From assembly GCA_963834905.1 (NCBI GenBank), contig CAWIDR010000037.1, positions 29,023-93,022 on the forward strand: a DNA stretch of 64,000 nucleotides, read 5' to 3'. Every line of letters starts with the position of its first letter. The stretch's first letter is position 1. This document shows, in pieces, positions 39,601-47,290 of the stretch. The stretch is from an uncultured Thermoleophilia bacterium (GTDB taxonomy: Bacteria; Actinomycetota; Thermoleophilia; UBA2241). A program made the position numbers and the translations under genes. A model generated the notes under the pieces. It saw only the letters and a list, made by a program, of their open reading frames with translations, searched no databases and was not told where the DNA came from.

Positions 39601-40095
39601 CTCGCACAGGTGCTGTTCGCCTCGGGCCACCCCGAAGGCGCCGGGCGGTGGCTCCGCGACTGCGAGCGGCTGTCTGGCGACGTGCGCGGGCACTTCGACT
39701 ACGTCCTACGCCTACCCCACATGGTCCGTCTCGCCCACGAACTGGGAGACCCAACGCTCGCCGAGCGACTCATCGCGCGGGTGCCGCGTGGTTCCCGGTA
39801 TGCGGACCTGGCGCTGGCCGGGGCAGAAGCGCGTGGCGCCGAGACACGGTCGGAAGTACAGACTGCAGCAGCGCTCTGGCAAACGACGGCAGAGGGGTGG
39901 AACGACCTTGGAGTGCCGTTCGAGCACGCGCAGGCGTTGCTCGGCTACGGCCGGTGCCTGTTGCGGGCCGACGATCGGTCACGGGCGGAGACCGCCCTCC
40001 TGCAGGCCGACGCGGTGTTCGAGCGCCTCGGCGCCAAGCCCGTCCGTGAGGAGGTACGGAGACTCCTCGAGTTCACGCGGGGCGAGCCTCGATAG
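36697..40095 (+). CDS. STAND signalling protein: zinc-ribbon + class III adenylate/guanylate cyclase + AAA(P-loop) ATPase + TPR-like C-terminal region
   Basis: - Uninterrupted frame of about 1132 aa.
- Zinc ribbon: CPAC...CPAC.
- Cyclase core: VTTLFCDLVGFT, EKFVGDGVVAVFG, RIGINTGEA, GDAVNTAARL.
- Walker A: GEPGIGKSRL.
- Walker B-like: LILVVEDLHWAD.
- Long helical-repeat tail, with no C-terminal LuxR HTH seen. Confidence 0.85.
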   Translation: MHACPACSAATPEGARFCPACGRPLIVPETPAERKVVTTLFCDLVGFTRLSENADPEDVDSMLRQYAAAASHAVEIHGGVVEKFVGDGVVAVFGVPAAHEDDAERAIHAALRLCRDVSAVTGPDGAPVSVRIGINTGEALARLDLAPTTGDGFLAGDAVNTAARLQSAAPPGGILVGPATYALTSRLFRFEEQEPVALKGKAEPLPVWLVLAPVSRTGADHASFSSIFVGRRDEIARLEALLEQAIRRRSAGVALISGEPGIGKSRLLAEFFRLLDQRSHDVTWRQGRCLPYGEGIAFWPLGEIVKAQAGILDTDSVAATERKLARSLTERSDTKWIQERLRPLVGLRGAAAPQEESFSAWNRFIEQLAARRPLILVVEDLHWADDAMLTFLRQFTARDWGVPLLLLMTARTHFFQDETTFVSSLPAEGLIALPPLAAAQIKELLADLVDDQTVLHQLAASILERCGGNPLYAEELLRLLRERGLLSTPGDLGQEVAAALPQSLQAVIAARIDALPPRLKEYLTNAAVVGRRFWDGAVAALAGDGEALDQGLRRLAAAELIRVAPSSSMSGQREYVFWHALTRDVAYSQLTRGLRAEKHERVARWLEEQTGERAEDLADVLAHHYVTALEMRCELKDEAGADALRRPAASALHLAGSRALGLNAGAAERHLARAAALLPKGAEDRPKLLFAWGEALIESSELTKAITALEEGIREAREMGDDRSAAMALPRLSYAHWLRGDAKGLEGSAEAVALLERYGPTQELVRALESWAADLAHVPACLPAIAASDRAIAMAAELDLPERPAGFASRGMAHCSLGNADGLTDLKSSVDLALALDEPRWAIACRCNLGDNLCIFEGPRAARTVHTAALDSSVRFGGQLASCYCHEVLFIDLVISGEWDEALHGMAALDRELNGHGDAWDLVHFRATAALLLALTGGSAAAECYARFAETSSRTTPMLGTRAAALAGLAQVLFASGHPEGAGRWLRDCERLSGDVRGHFDYVLRLPHMVRLAHELGDPTLAERLIARVPRGSRYADLALAGAEARGAETRSEVQTAAALWQTTAEGWNDLGVPFEHAQALLGYGRCLLRADDRSRAETALLQADAVFERLGAKPVREEVRRLLEFTRGEPR

Positions 40096-41913
40096 CCAGG
40101 CTCAGGCAGCGATCCCCGATCCGGGCCATCAGGCGCCGCCTCACGAACGCCTTCAGACAGCGGTCCACCTGGTCGTGGTCGCACCCGAGCTGACGACTCG
40201 CCTGATCGTACACATCACCCACGGACGCAATGTCGGCACAAGCTCGATACACCAGTCGCTCGAGAGCGGTCAAGCGGATGTCGCGTACCGGAGCACGGGG
40301 ACGATCATCCACGAGCGACAGTCTCTCCTCGCCGTCTTCGCTCATCCAGAGAGCCTCGTGGGTGAAGTCGCGCTGCCAGGCGCGGACCTGATCTCGAAGG
40401 CGTTCGCGAAGCCCCCGACCGATGGCGACCGGACTACAACTGTACTGAAAGGCGTAGGCGATGCGGGCCAGCGCGGGCTCCGGGAAGGGGTAGAGGTAGC
40501 GATAGGGAGTCAGGGATCTGATATCCCGAAAGCCGTATCGCTCTGGCTGTTCGAAGAAGGGGCTGTACCTGTCGAGGCTGACCGGGCCGCAGCACCGCGG
40601 CGGGACCAGGAAGGTGAGCGACGGCACCAGGTCCAGCATCTCCTGGTAGTCCTCGGCCGTCTCGCCGGGAAACCCATACACGATGTTCCAGTGGGGGATG
40701 GCGCCGTACTGCCTGCACCACTTGAGCAGACGCACGTTCTCGAGCGCCCCCACGCCTTTGTGCATCAGGGCGAGGACCCCGTCGCTGAAGCTTTCGATGC
40801 CTGGCTGGAACTGCACGTCCAGCTCACCCATGAGGCGCACCTGCTCGCGGGTCACGGTCGGCCGCGTGTTGAAGAACAGCGGCAGGCGTGGAGGGTCGGC
40901 GGCAAGCGCCGGCAGGACCTCGGTCAGGAACGAGGGGGCGACAACGTTGTCCACGAGAAACAGCCTGCCTCCTCGCCATGCTCGGGCCAGCTCATGCAGC
41001 TCCCGCACCACCCTTGCTGGACTCTTGGTGCGGAAGACGCGCTCGTCGGCGTCCAGCCCACAGAAGCCACAGGGGTGCCGTTCACCCCACCAGCATCCCC
41101 TGCTGGACTCCATGGGCACGGAGGGCAACGGCCCCCTGGCTCTCGGCCACGCTTTGAGCGCCGCGAAGTAGTCGCCATGGTCCGGGTACGGCCAGAGCAT
41201 CGAGATCGCCGTAGGGCCCAGCGCTGCCCGTGCTCACAGATGCGCCGTTCGCGCGATAGACGATGCCGGCGATCCCCTGCAGTGCCTCAGGATGTCCATC
41301 GAGCGCGGCGACGGCGGCAGGCAGGGATGCGTCGGCGTCGCCCGAGAACGCGAGGTCGACAAACGAGAAGCGACGGTGGAAGCTCCAGCCCCATCTCTCC
41401 CTGCCAGTTGGCGCCGCCGAACGCGATGCGAATCGATGGAAACCGCTCCTTCACCAGTCGTGCGAGGGCGAGCGACCCGATGTTCTGGGCCGTGCTCGAG
41501 CTGAACCCAACGAGGTCATAGTCGGCCCAAGGCGTCGCCTCCAGGGCCCGGCGAAGGAATCGACCGCCCATTGCCCGGGCCTCGAGGACGATCTCGACGT
41601 CGTCATCCTCGAGCCCCCACGTATCGAGCAGAACGTCGTCGACGTAGCCTTCATCCGGAGCGGCCCCGGAGCCGTACAGGGCGGGTGTGAAGACCCACTC
41701 TCCGGCGAGGGCGGCGAAGGGGATCCCGTCGGAGATGCGATCGTAGAGCGGCCGCGACAGCAGATGCGCGAACTCGACGTTCAGGTACATGACGTCGCAA
41801 CGCACCCCGCGGGCCAGGAGGAGTGCCTTCAGCGTGCTCACGCCGATGGCAGGGCGCTCCACCGACACGAACGGCATGCAGACGAGAAGGACCTTCACCG
41901 GCTCCCTCCGCAC
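40073..41913 (-). CDS. B12-binding-domain radical SAM enzyme, RiPP-maturase type (TIGR03975-like; frame breaks near 41200 and 41380)
   Basis: N-terminal cobalamin-binding-like domain (KVLLVCMPFVS...) in ORF 41287..41913. The middle piece (HRRFSFVDLAFSGDADASLPAAV...IVYRANG) is in a second frame. The rSAM core in ORF 40073..41200 carries SRGCWWGERHPCGFCGL (Cys triad at 41060..41095). Alternative start GTG 41898 follows GGAGGGAG. Confidence 0.8.
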
Positions 41914-41934
41914 CCCGTCAGATGGATAGGCCGC

Positions 41935-42267
41935 TCAGCTCTTCTGGTCCTGCGTCATCGTGTGATGCTGGGGCACGATGTCTCTGAGCGTCGTCTTCAC
42001 AATGTCGATCGAGAACGCCGGCATCGTGACGGTCTTCACCTTGCCTTCCAGCGCGAGATACATGTCGAGGGCGAGCGCCTTGTCCGCGGATGGAAGAGAG
42101 CCGATGGCGACGTAGTCGTGCTCCCCCATCGTGACGCAGAACTCCCTGAGCTGCCCTCCGAGCTCCGTCTCCCAGATCCGCTTGATCTCCTTGTGAAAGT
42201 GCGGCGCCAGCTCGAGCTCGCGTGCGCCTTCTCCGGTCAACTTCATGAGCAGGACGTAGTCAGACAT
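41935..42267 (-). CDS. GYD-domain protein
   Basis: ATG 42267 after GGAGGGAAGC. 110 aa: MSDYVLLMKLTGEGA...MGEHDYVAIGSLPSADKALAL, the GYD-family pattern, plus a 12-15 aa polar tail (VPQHHTMTQDQKS). The stop is 22 bp (or 37 bp) upstream of the rSAM start. Confidence 0.75.
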   Translation of the reverse strand: MSDYVLLMKLTGEGARELELAPHFHKEIKRIWETELGGQLREFCVTMGEHDYVAIGSLPSADKALALDMYLALEGKVKTVTMPAFSIDIVKTTLRDIVPQHHTMTQDQKS

Positions 42268-42380
42268 GCTTCCCTCCCTTTCCACCGGCGCCTTCGATTC
42301 GCGCCGCCGCCAGAAGCCTACCGCCGCCACGCGACGCACTACTACTGTTTGCAGACTGTCCGTCTGCCCGGCGTGCGACC

Positions 42381-42813
42381 ATGAGCAAGATGACGGTCGC
42401 GTTCCTCCTCACGCCTTTCAGCGCCAAGGCCGCCGGCGACGAGAAGCCGGCGACGTTTCGCAGCGTGCAGAAGGCGGTTCGGGACGCCCGCCGCAGCGGG
42501 GGTGGAGCTGCGCCGGGCCGACAGTATCTTCAAGGCCGGCGTCATCGTGGAGCAGGTCCGCGAGGAGATCGAGCATGCCGATATCATCATCGCGATCTGC
42601 ACCGGCAAGAACGCGAACGTGTTCTATGAGCTGGGGCTGGCTGAGGCACTCGGCCACGAGCCCATCCTGATCGCGCCCGACGCGTCACATCTGCCGTTCG
42701 ACAAGGCGCACTGCCGCTGCAACATGTACGGCGGCAAACGGCAGACGGTCAAGAACCTGGCGCCGAGGCTGGCCAAGGTGATCGAGGAGACCCTGGCAGC
42801 GAGGAGGTCATGA
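42381..42813 (+). CDS. small Rossmannoid protein, TIR-like / nucleoside 2-deoxyribosyltransferase-like (frame break in the G5 run near 42497)
   Basis: About 143 aa: MTVAFLLTPF...(shift)...ADSIFKAGVIVEQVREEIEHADIIIAICTGKNANVFYELGLAEALGHEPILIAPD...LPFD. The (T/D)x(N)xNVxYELGxAxAxG motif is shared by COG4271/PF10137 TIR-like and PF05014-like domains. Confidence 0.5.
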
Positions 42814-42891
42814 TGCGGACGGCGGGCGACTGCGTCCGACGACAGCGGCGGCGTTCGCGGCGTGCGCATGCAGCGGATCCGCCGCCGTGCT

Positions 42892-44115
42892 CTATCGCGT
42901 CAGCTCGTCCGCCAGCTGCTCGACGAAGAGGCCGACGTCGGTGACGATGCCGATGGCCTGGAACGAGCCGCGGTCGGCCAGCTTGGTGACGACCGCGGGG
43001 TTGATGTCGGCGCAGACGGTACGCACACTGGCCGGCAGCATGTTGCCGACGGCGATGCTGTGCAGCATCGTGCTGAGCATGAGGCAGGCGCCGGCCTGCT
43101 GCGCGTAGCGCCGCATCTCGCGCTGCGCCTGCATCACGTCGGTGATCACCTCGGGCATGGGGCCGTCGTCGCGGATGCTGCCGGCGAGCACGTACGGCGT
43201 GTCGGTCTGCGTGAGCGTGTACATGAGGCCGCCGGTCAGGATGCCCTTGTCGACGGCGGCCCGGATGCTCCCGGCGCGCCGGATGGTGTTGATGGCGCGC
43301 AGGTGGTGCTCGTGCCCGCCCGGCACAGCCGCTCCCGACTTGAGGTTGATGCCGAGCGACGTGCCGTAGAGGTTGCTCTCGATGTCGTGGGTGGCGACGG
43401 CGTTGCCGCCGAACACGCAGCCCACGAAGCCGGCCTCGATGAGGCGGGCCAGCTGCGGCGCCGCCCCCGTGTGCACCACGGCGGGGCCGACCACCGCGAT
43501 CGTGAGCCGGCCCTCCTCTTTGACCTGGCGCAGGATGTGGGCCACTTCGTGGACGATCTGCGCCTTGGGCTTCTCGCTGCTCACGGCGCTGGCCATGAAC
43601 TCGAACGGCTGGCTCTCGCGCGGCCGTTCGAGCGGCAGCACGCGGATGCCTCTGTGGCCGGTGACGAAGAGGTCGCCGGCCCGCACGTCGCTCATCGCCA
43701 CGGTCTCCGCGGAGACCTCTTCGGGGTCGACGCGGATGCCGCAGTCCATCTCGGGGTGTCCGACGCGGATCCACTCGCCGCCGACGCGGACGAACGTGGT
43801 CAGGTTGGTCGTGGAGTAGAAGCGCTCGGGGAAGACGCCGTCGACGTCCGCCGCCTCGAGGATGGCGTCTTGCGGCTTGACGGCGACGACGCCGAACTCG
43901 GTGATCGCCGTCATCAGCTCGTCGAGGTGCGCGGCGTCGCGGCCGAAGATGCGCATCACGGCGTGCGAGGGGTCGTCCTTCATGCGCCCGACCTCGAAGG
44001 TGAGCATCTCGAACTCCCCGTCGAGGTCCATCACCTGGTCCATGATGTGCGGCATCATGAGCGAGTCGATGAGGTGGCCCTCGATCTCGACGTCTTCGTA
44101 TGGCATGTCGGGCAT
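42892..44115 (-). CDS. TIGR00300 / LOR-SDH-domain family protein (ornithine-cyclodeaminase-like)
   Basis: 407-aa uninterrupted ORF. It has an N-terminal ACT-like part and a C-terminal Rossmann-like part (VVGPAVVHTGAAP, FGGNAVATHD, GHEHHLRAIN) characteristic of the archaeal/bacterial TIGR00300 family. Confidence 0.7.
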   Translation of the reverse strand: MPDMPYEDVEIEGHLIDSLMMPHIMDQVMDLDGEFEMLTFEVGRMKDDPSHAVMRIFGRDAAHLDELMTAITEFGVVAVKPQDAILEAADVDGVFPERFYSTTNLTTFVRVGGEWIRVGHPEMDCGIRVDPEEVSAETVAMSDVRAGDLFVTGHRGIRVLPLERPRESQPFEFMASAVSSEKPKAQIVHEVAHILRQVKEEGRLTIAVVGPAVVHTGAAPQLARLIEAGFVGCVFGGNAVATHDIESNLYGTSLGINLKSGAAVPGGHEHHLRAINTIRRAGSIRAAVDKGILTGGLMYTLTQTDTPYVLAGSIRDDGPMPEVITDVMQAQREMRRYAQQAGACLMLSTMLHSIAVGNMLPASVRTVCADINPAVVTKLADRGSFQAIGIVTDVGLFVEQLADELTR

Positions 44116-44195
44116 GGTGCCTCCCGTAGGCGTGAGCGCGACTGGGGCAGGACCGGCCCTCCGGGCCCCGCCCGCCCCAGTCTCCCAGCCGTCCC

Positions 44196-44224
44196 TTGAC
44201 GCCTCTCCGGCCGGTCCCTATCGT
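44196..44224 (+). promoter_or_regulatory. candidate sigma-A-type promoter for the SBP gene (TTGACG-17-TATCGT)
   Basis: -35 TTGACG at 44196..44201 and -10 TATCGT at 44219..44224 with a 17-nt spacer, about 60 nt upstream of ATG 44283. Sequence-only prediction. Confidence 0.35.
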
Positions 44225-44282
44225 CTGGCAACACGGAAGCAGCGCCTGGCGACGCCGCTCCATCCGCACCAGGGGGATCTGC

Positions 44283-46124
44283 ATGACAGCTCGCACCCGG
44301 CCGGCAGGCCTGCTCGTCAAGGTATCGATGGTCCTGCTTCTCTTGCTGCTGGCCGCGGCGGTGGTGGGCGTCGCCCGTGCCGGCGCGTCCTCCAGCCCCG
44401 TCCCCGCCGAGAAGGTCACGCTGCATATCGGCTGGGTCCAGGAGCCGGACAACCTGAACCCGTTCATCGGCATCCAGGGCACCGACTACATGCTCTGGCA
44501 CATGAACTACGACTTCCTCGTCGGGTTCGACGCCAAGACGCTGGAGCCGCGGCCGGAGCTCGCCACGGCCTGGGAGGTCTCGCCGGACGGCAAGGTCTGG
44601 ACCTTCACCATCCGCAGTGACTCGACGTGGCAGGACGGCGTGCCGGTCACGGCCCGCGACGTCGCCTTCACCTTCAACTACATCAACGACAACCAGCTGC
44701 TGAACCTCTCGACCTACACCAACGGCATCACCAAGGCCGAGGTCGTCGACGACACGCACGTCAAGATCTACACCAAGGCGCCCAAGGCGAACATGCTGCG
44801 CATGGTCGTTCCGATCCTGCCCGAGCACATCTGGAGCAAGGTCACCGGCAAAGAGGCGACCACCAGCTACCAGAACAAGCCGCCGATCGTCGGCGACGGT
44901 CCCTTCCAGGTCGTCGAGTGGAAGAAGGGCAAGTTCGTCCGCCTCGCCGCCAACCCGACCTACTGGGGCGGCAAGCCGAAGGTGGACGAGGTCATCCTCG
45001 AGCTCTACACCAACCCGGACACGATGGCCCAGGACCTCAAGCTCGGGACCCTCGACGGCGCCGTCGACATCCCGCCGGCCCAGTTCAAGCCCCTGAACGG
45101 CCAGGACGGCATCACCACCAGCCAGTCGACCTCGTGGAACTTCATCGAGCTGGCCATGAACAGCTACGACTCGCCGGACTCCAAGGGCAATCCGGTCCTC
45201 AAGGACCAGCAGTTCCGCACCGCCGTCAACTGGGCCGTCGACCGCCAGAAGGTCGTCGACGTCGCGTACCAGCAGTACGCCACGCTCGGCTCCTCGCTCG
45301 TCGTGCCGTACTCCAAGTACCACTGGGAGCCGCCGGCCGGCGAGGCGTTCGGCTACGACCCGGAGAAGGCCAAGCAGATCCTCGACGCCGCGGGTTACAA
45401 GGACGTCAACGGCGACGGCTTCCGCGAGACCAAGGACGGCAAGAAGCTCGTCCTGCGCTTCTACGCCACCACCGACTCCACGCAGAACCAGACCGCCGGC
45501 AAGCTCATCGTCGGGTGGCTCAAGGACGTGGGCATCAAGCTGGACTACCAGGTCATCGACGCCGGCGCGCTCATCAACTACCAGTACGAGTACACCGGCA
45601 ACACCTACACGCCCGACTGGGACATGTTCATCTGGTACTGGGTGCAGGACGTCGACCCCAACTTCATCATGGACATCTACACGCCCCAGCAGATCGAGGG
45701 CTGGAACGACTGCCTGTGGACCGACCCGGAGTACACGAAGCTGAACGCCCAGCAGGCGACGACGATCGACGAGGCCAAGCGCATCCCGATCGTCCAGCAG
45801 ATGCAGCAGATCTTCTACCAGGGCGCCGCCTACGCGATCCTCGCCTACCCCTACCAGCTCGAGGCGTACAACACCGACAAGTGGCAGGGCTGGGTGCACG
45901 TGCCGGGCGAGGCGCCGGGCGGGCAGCAGGGCGCCGTCATCTACAACTACAACAACATCGACACGTACCGGTTCGTCGAGCCGAAGGCCGCCGCCGCGAC
46001 GACCGCCAAGAAGCCCCTCGTCAATTGGGGATGGCTGGCGGCCGGGCTCGGCGGCGTGCTCGTCATGCTCGGCGTCATGTTCTGGCTGTCGCGGCACATC
46101 AAGCCGCGGCAGGAAGAGGACTGA
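44283..46124 (+). CDS. ABC transporter substrate-binding protein, family 5 (peptide/nickel type) with C-terminal TM anchor
   Basis: Signal peptide (MVLLLLLLAAAVVGVARA). SBP_bac_5 pattern (NLNPF, ATAWEVSPDGKVWTFTIR, YWGGKP). The last about 35 aa form a hydrophobic helix (WGWLAAGLGGVLVMLGVMFWL). No cognate permease or ATPase genes are adjacent. Confidence 0.85.
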   Translation: MTARTRPAGLLVKVSMVLLLLLLAAAVVGVARAGASSSPVPAEKVTLHIGWVQEPDNLNPFIGIQGTDYMLWHMNYDFLVGFDAKTLEPRPELATAWEVSPDGKVWTFTIRSDSTWQDGVPVTARDVAFTFNYINDNQLLNLSTYTNGITKAEVVDDTHVKIYTKAPKANMLRMVVPILPEHIWSKVTGKEATTSYQNKPPIVGDGPFQVVEWKKGKFVRLAANPTYWGGKPKVDEVILELYTNPDTMAQDLKLGTLDGAVDIPPAQFKPLNGQDGITTSQSTSWNFIELAMNSYDSPDSKGNPVLKDQQFRTAVNWAVDRQKVVDVAYQQYATLGSSLVVPYSKYHWEPPAGEAFGYDPEKAKQILDAAGYKDVNGDGFRETKDGKKLVLRFYATTDSTQNQTAGKLIVGWLKDVGIKLDYQVIDAGALINYQYEYTGNTYTPDWDMFIWYWVQDVDPNFIMDIYTPQQIEGWNDCLWTDPEYTKLNAQQATTIDEAKRIPIVQQMQQIFYQGAAYAILAYPYQLEAYNTDKWQGWVHVPGEAPGGQQGAVIYNYNNIDTYRFVEPKAAAATTAKKPLVNWGWLAAGLGGVLVMLGVMFWLSRHIKPRQEED

Positions 46125-46164
46125 CGCTTCCTGTAGCCGGGGAAGCTCAGGCCGTCGAGGAAGC

Positions 46165-47217
46165 TCAGGCCTCCTCGTCGGCCGGCGGTACCCGCCGTCC
46201 AGTGCTCGTGCGCGAGACGCGGCCGGACGGCCGGGTCCGTGGAGTCGCGCTGGTCACGGCGCCGTCCCTTCTTCCGCCTCGATCTCCTCCACGACGTCCT
46301 TGCTCCGACGGCAGCAGCTCCACGATGAACACGCCGGTGAGCATCAGCGACCCGCCGACGAGCAGCCGCACCGTCACGGTGTCCATCCCGGCGATGATGC
46401 CGGCGAGGGCGGCGAACACGCTCTCGAAGCCGAGCAGGATGGCGGCGTGCGTCGAGGTCGTGTAGCGCTGGGCCCAGCTCTGGATGAAGAACGCGTAGAT
46501 GGTGCCGCTGACGGCCGTCCACACCACGGCCGCCCACACCTGCCACGGCAGGTCGAGCGTGACGTGCACGAAGAAGGGAGTGACGACGACCAGGATGAGC
46601 GTGGAGACCGCCATCTGCGTGACGGCGAGCGTCGTCGGCTTGACCTTGGGCGCGAAGAAGCCGGTGGTCATGATGTGCAGCGCGTAGAAGAGGCTGCCGA
46701 GCAGGGTGAGCGCGTCGCCCCATTTGAGCGTGAAGTCACCTTGCAGGCTGAGCGCGCCGAGGCCGACGGTGGCGATGACCGCGCCGATGATCTGCCAGCG
46801 ACCGGGGGACCGGCGCGCGACGAACCAGTACAGGAAGGGGACCATGGCCACGCTCATCCCGGTGATGAAGCCGCTGACGCCGGGTGAGGTGCGCTGCAGG
46901 CCGATGGTCTGGAGGATGAGGGCGGTCAGGTAGAAGACGCCGAGCAGACCGCCCCGGGCCCAGTCGCCGCGCGAGGACCCGAGCCAGCTCCTGGGCTGCG
47001 CCACGGCGAAGATGCCCGTGGCGACCACGTAGCGGAGCACCAGATACAGCATCGTGCCGGCGACGATGCTGCCGGCGGCGATCTCCGTGGTGCGCGCGAC
47101 GACATCCTTGATGAAGACGAAGTTGCTGCCCCAGAAGATGGCGACGCTGAAGAGCAGCACGTCGGCGACGAGCGCCTTGCGGCGCGAAGCGTGCGTGCTG
47201 CCGAGGGGCGTCGCCAT
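46165..47217 (-). CDS. EamA/DMT-family transporter
   Basis: ATG 47217. LLFSVAIFWGSNFVFIK, 10 TM. Clear paralog of 49059..50039, with colinear motifs TIGLQ(R/W)T(S/T)PG(V/K)SGFIT and MVPFLYW(F/I)V(A/T)RRSPG. Confidence 0.75.
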   Translation of the reverse strand: MATPLGSTHASRRKALVADVLLFSVAIFWGSNFVFIKDVVARTTEIAAGSIVAGTMLYLVLRYVVATGIFAVAQPRSWLGSSRGDWARGGLLGVFYLTALILQTIGLQRTSPGVSGFITGMSVAMVPFLYWFVARRSPGRWQIIGAVIATVGLGALSLQGDFTLKWGDALTLLGSLFYALHIMTTGFFAPKVKPTTLAVTQMAVSTLILVVVTPFFVHVTLDLPWQVWAAVVWTAVSGTIYAFFIQSWAQRYTTSTHAAILLGFESVFAALAGIIAGMDTVTVRLLVGGSLMLTGVFIVELLPSEQGRRGGDRGGRRDGAVTSATPRTRPSGRVSRTSTGRRVPPADEEA

Positions 47218-47290
47218 CCCGGCAATCCTATCGGACGCGGGCGCGGCGGCGAGGGCCCGGCGCGGACGCCGCCCGGACGCCCGCGCGAGG

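Noticed and set aside
46125-46164. Direct repeat GAAGCTCAGGCC x2 after the SBP stop.
   Set aside because: It is a short, single duplication in a 40-bp convergent spacer. It can also be drawn as a weak hairpin (cgagga-N10-tcctcg). It is too small to call a terminator or repeat element with confidence.
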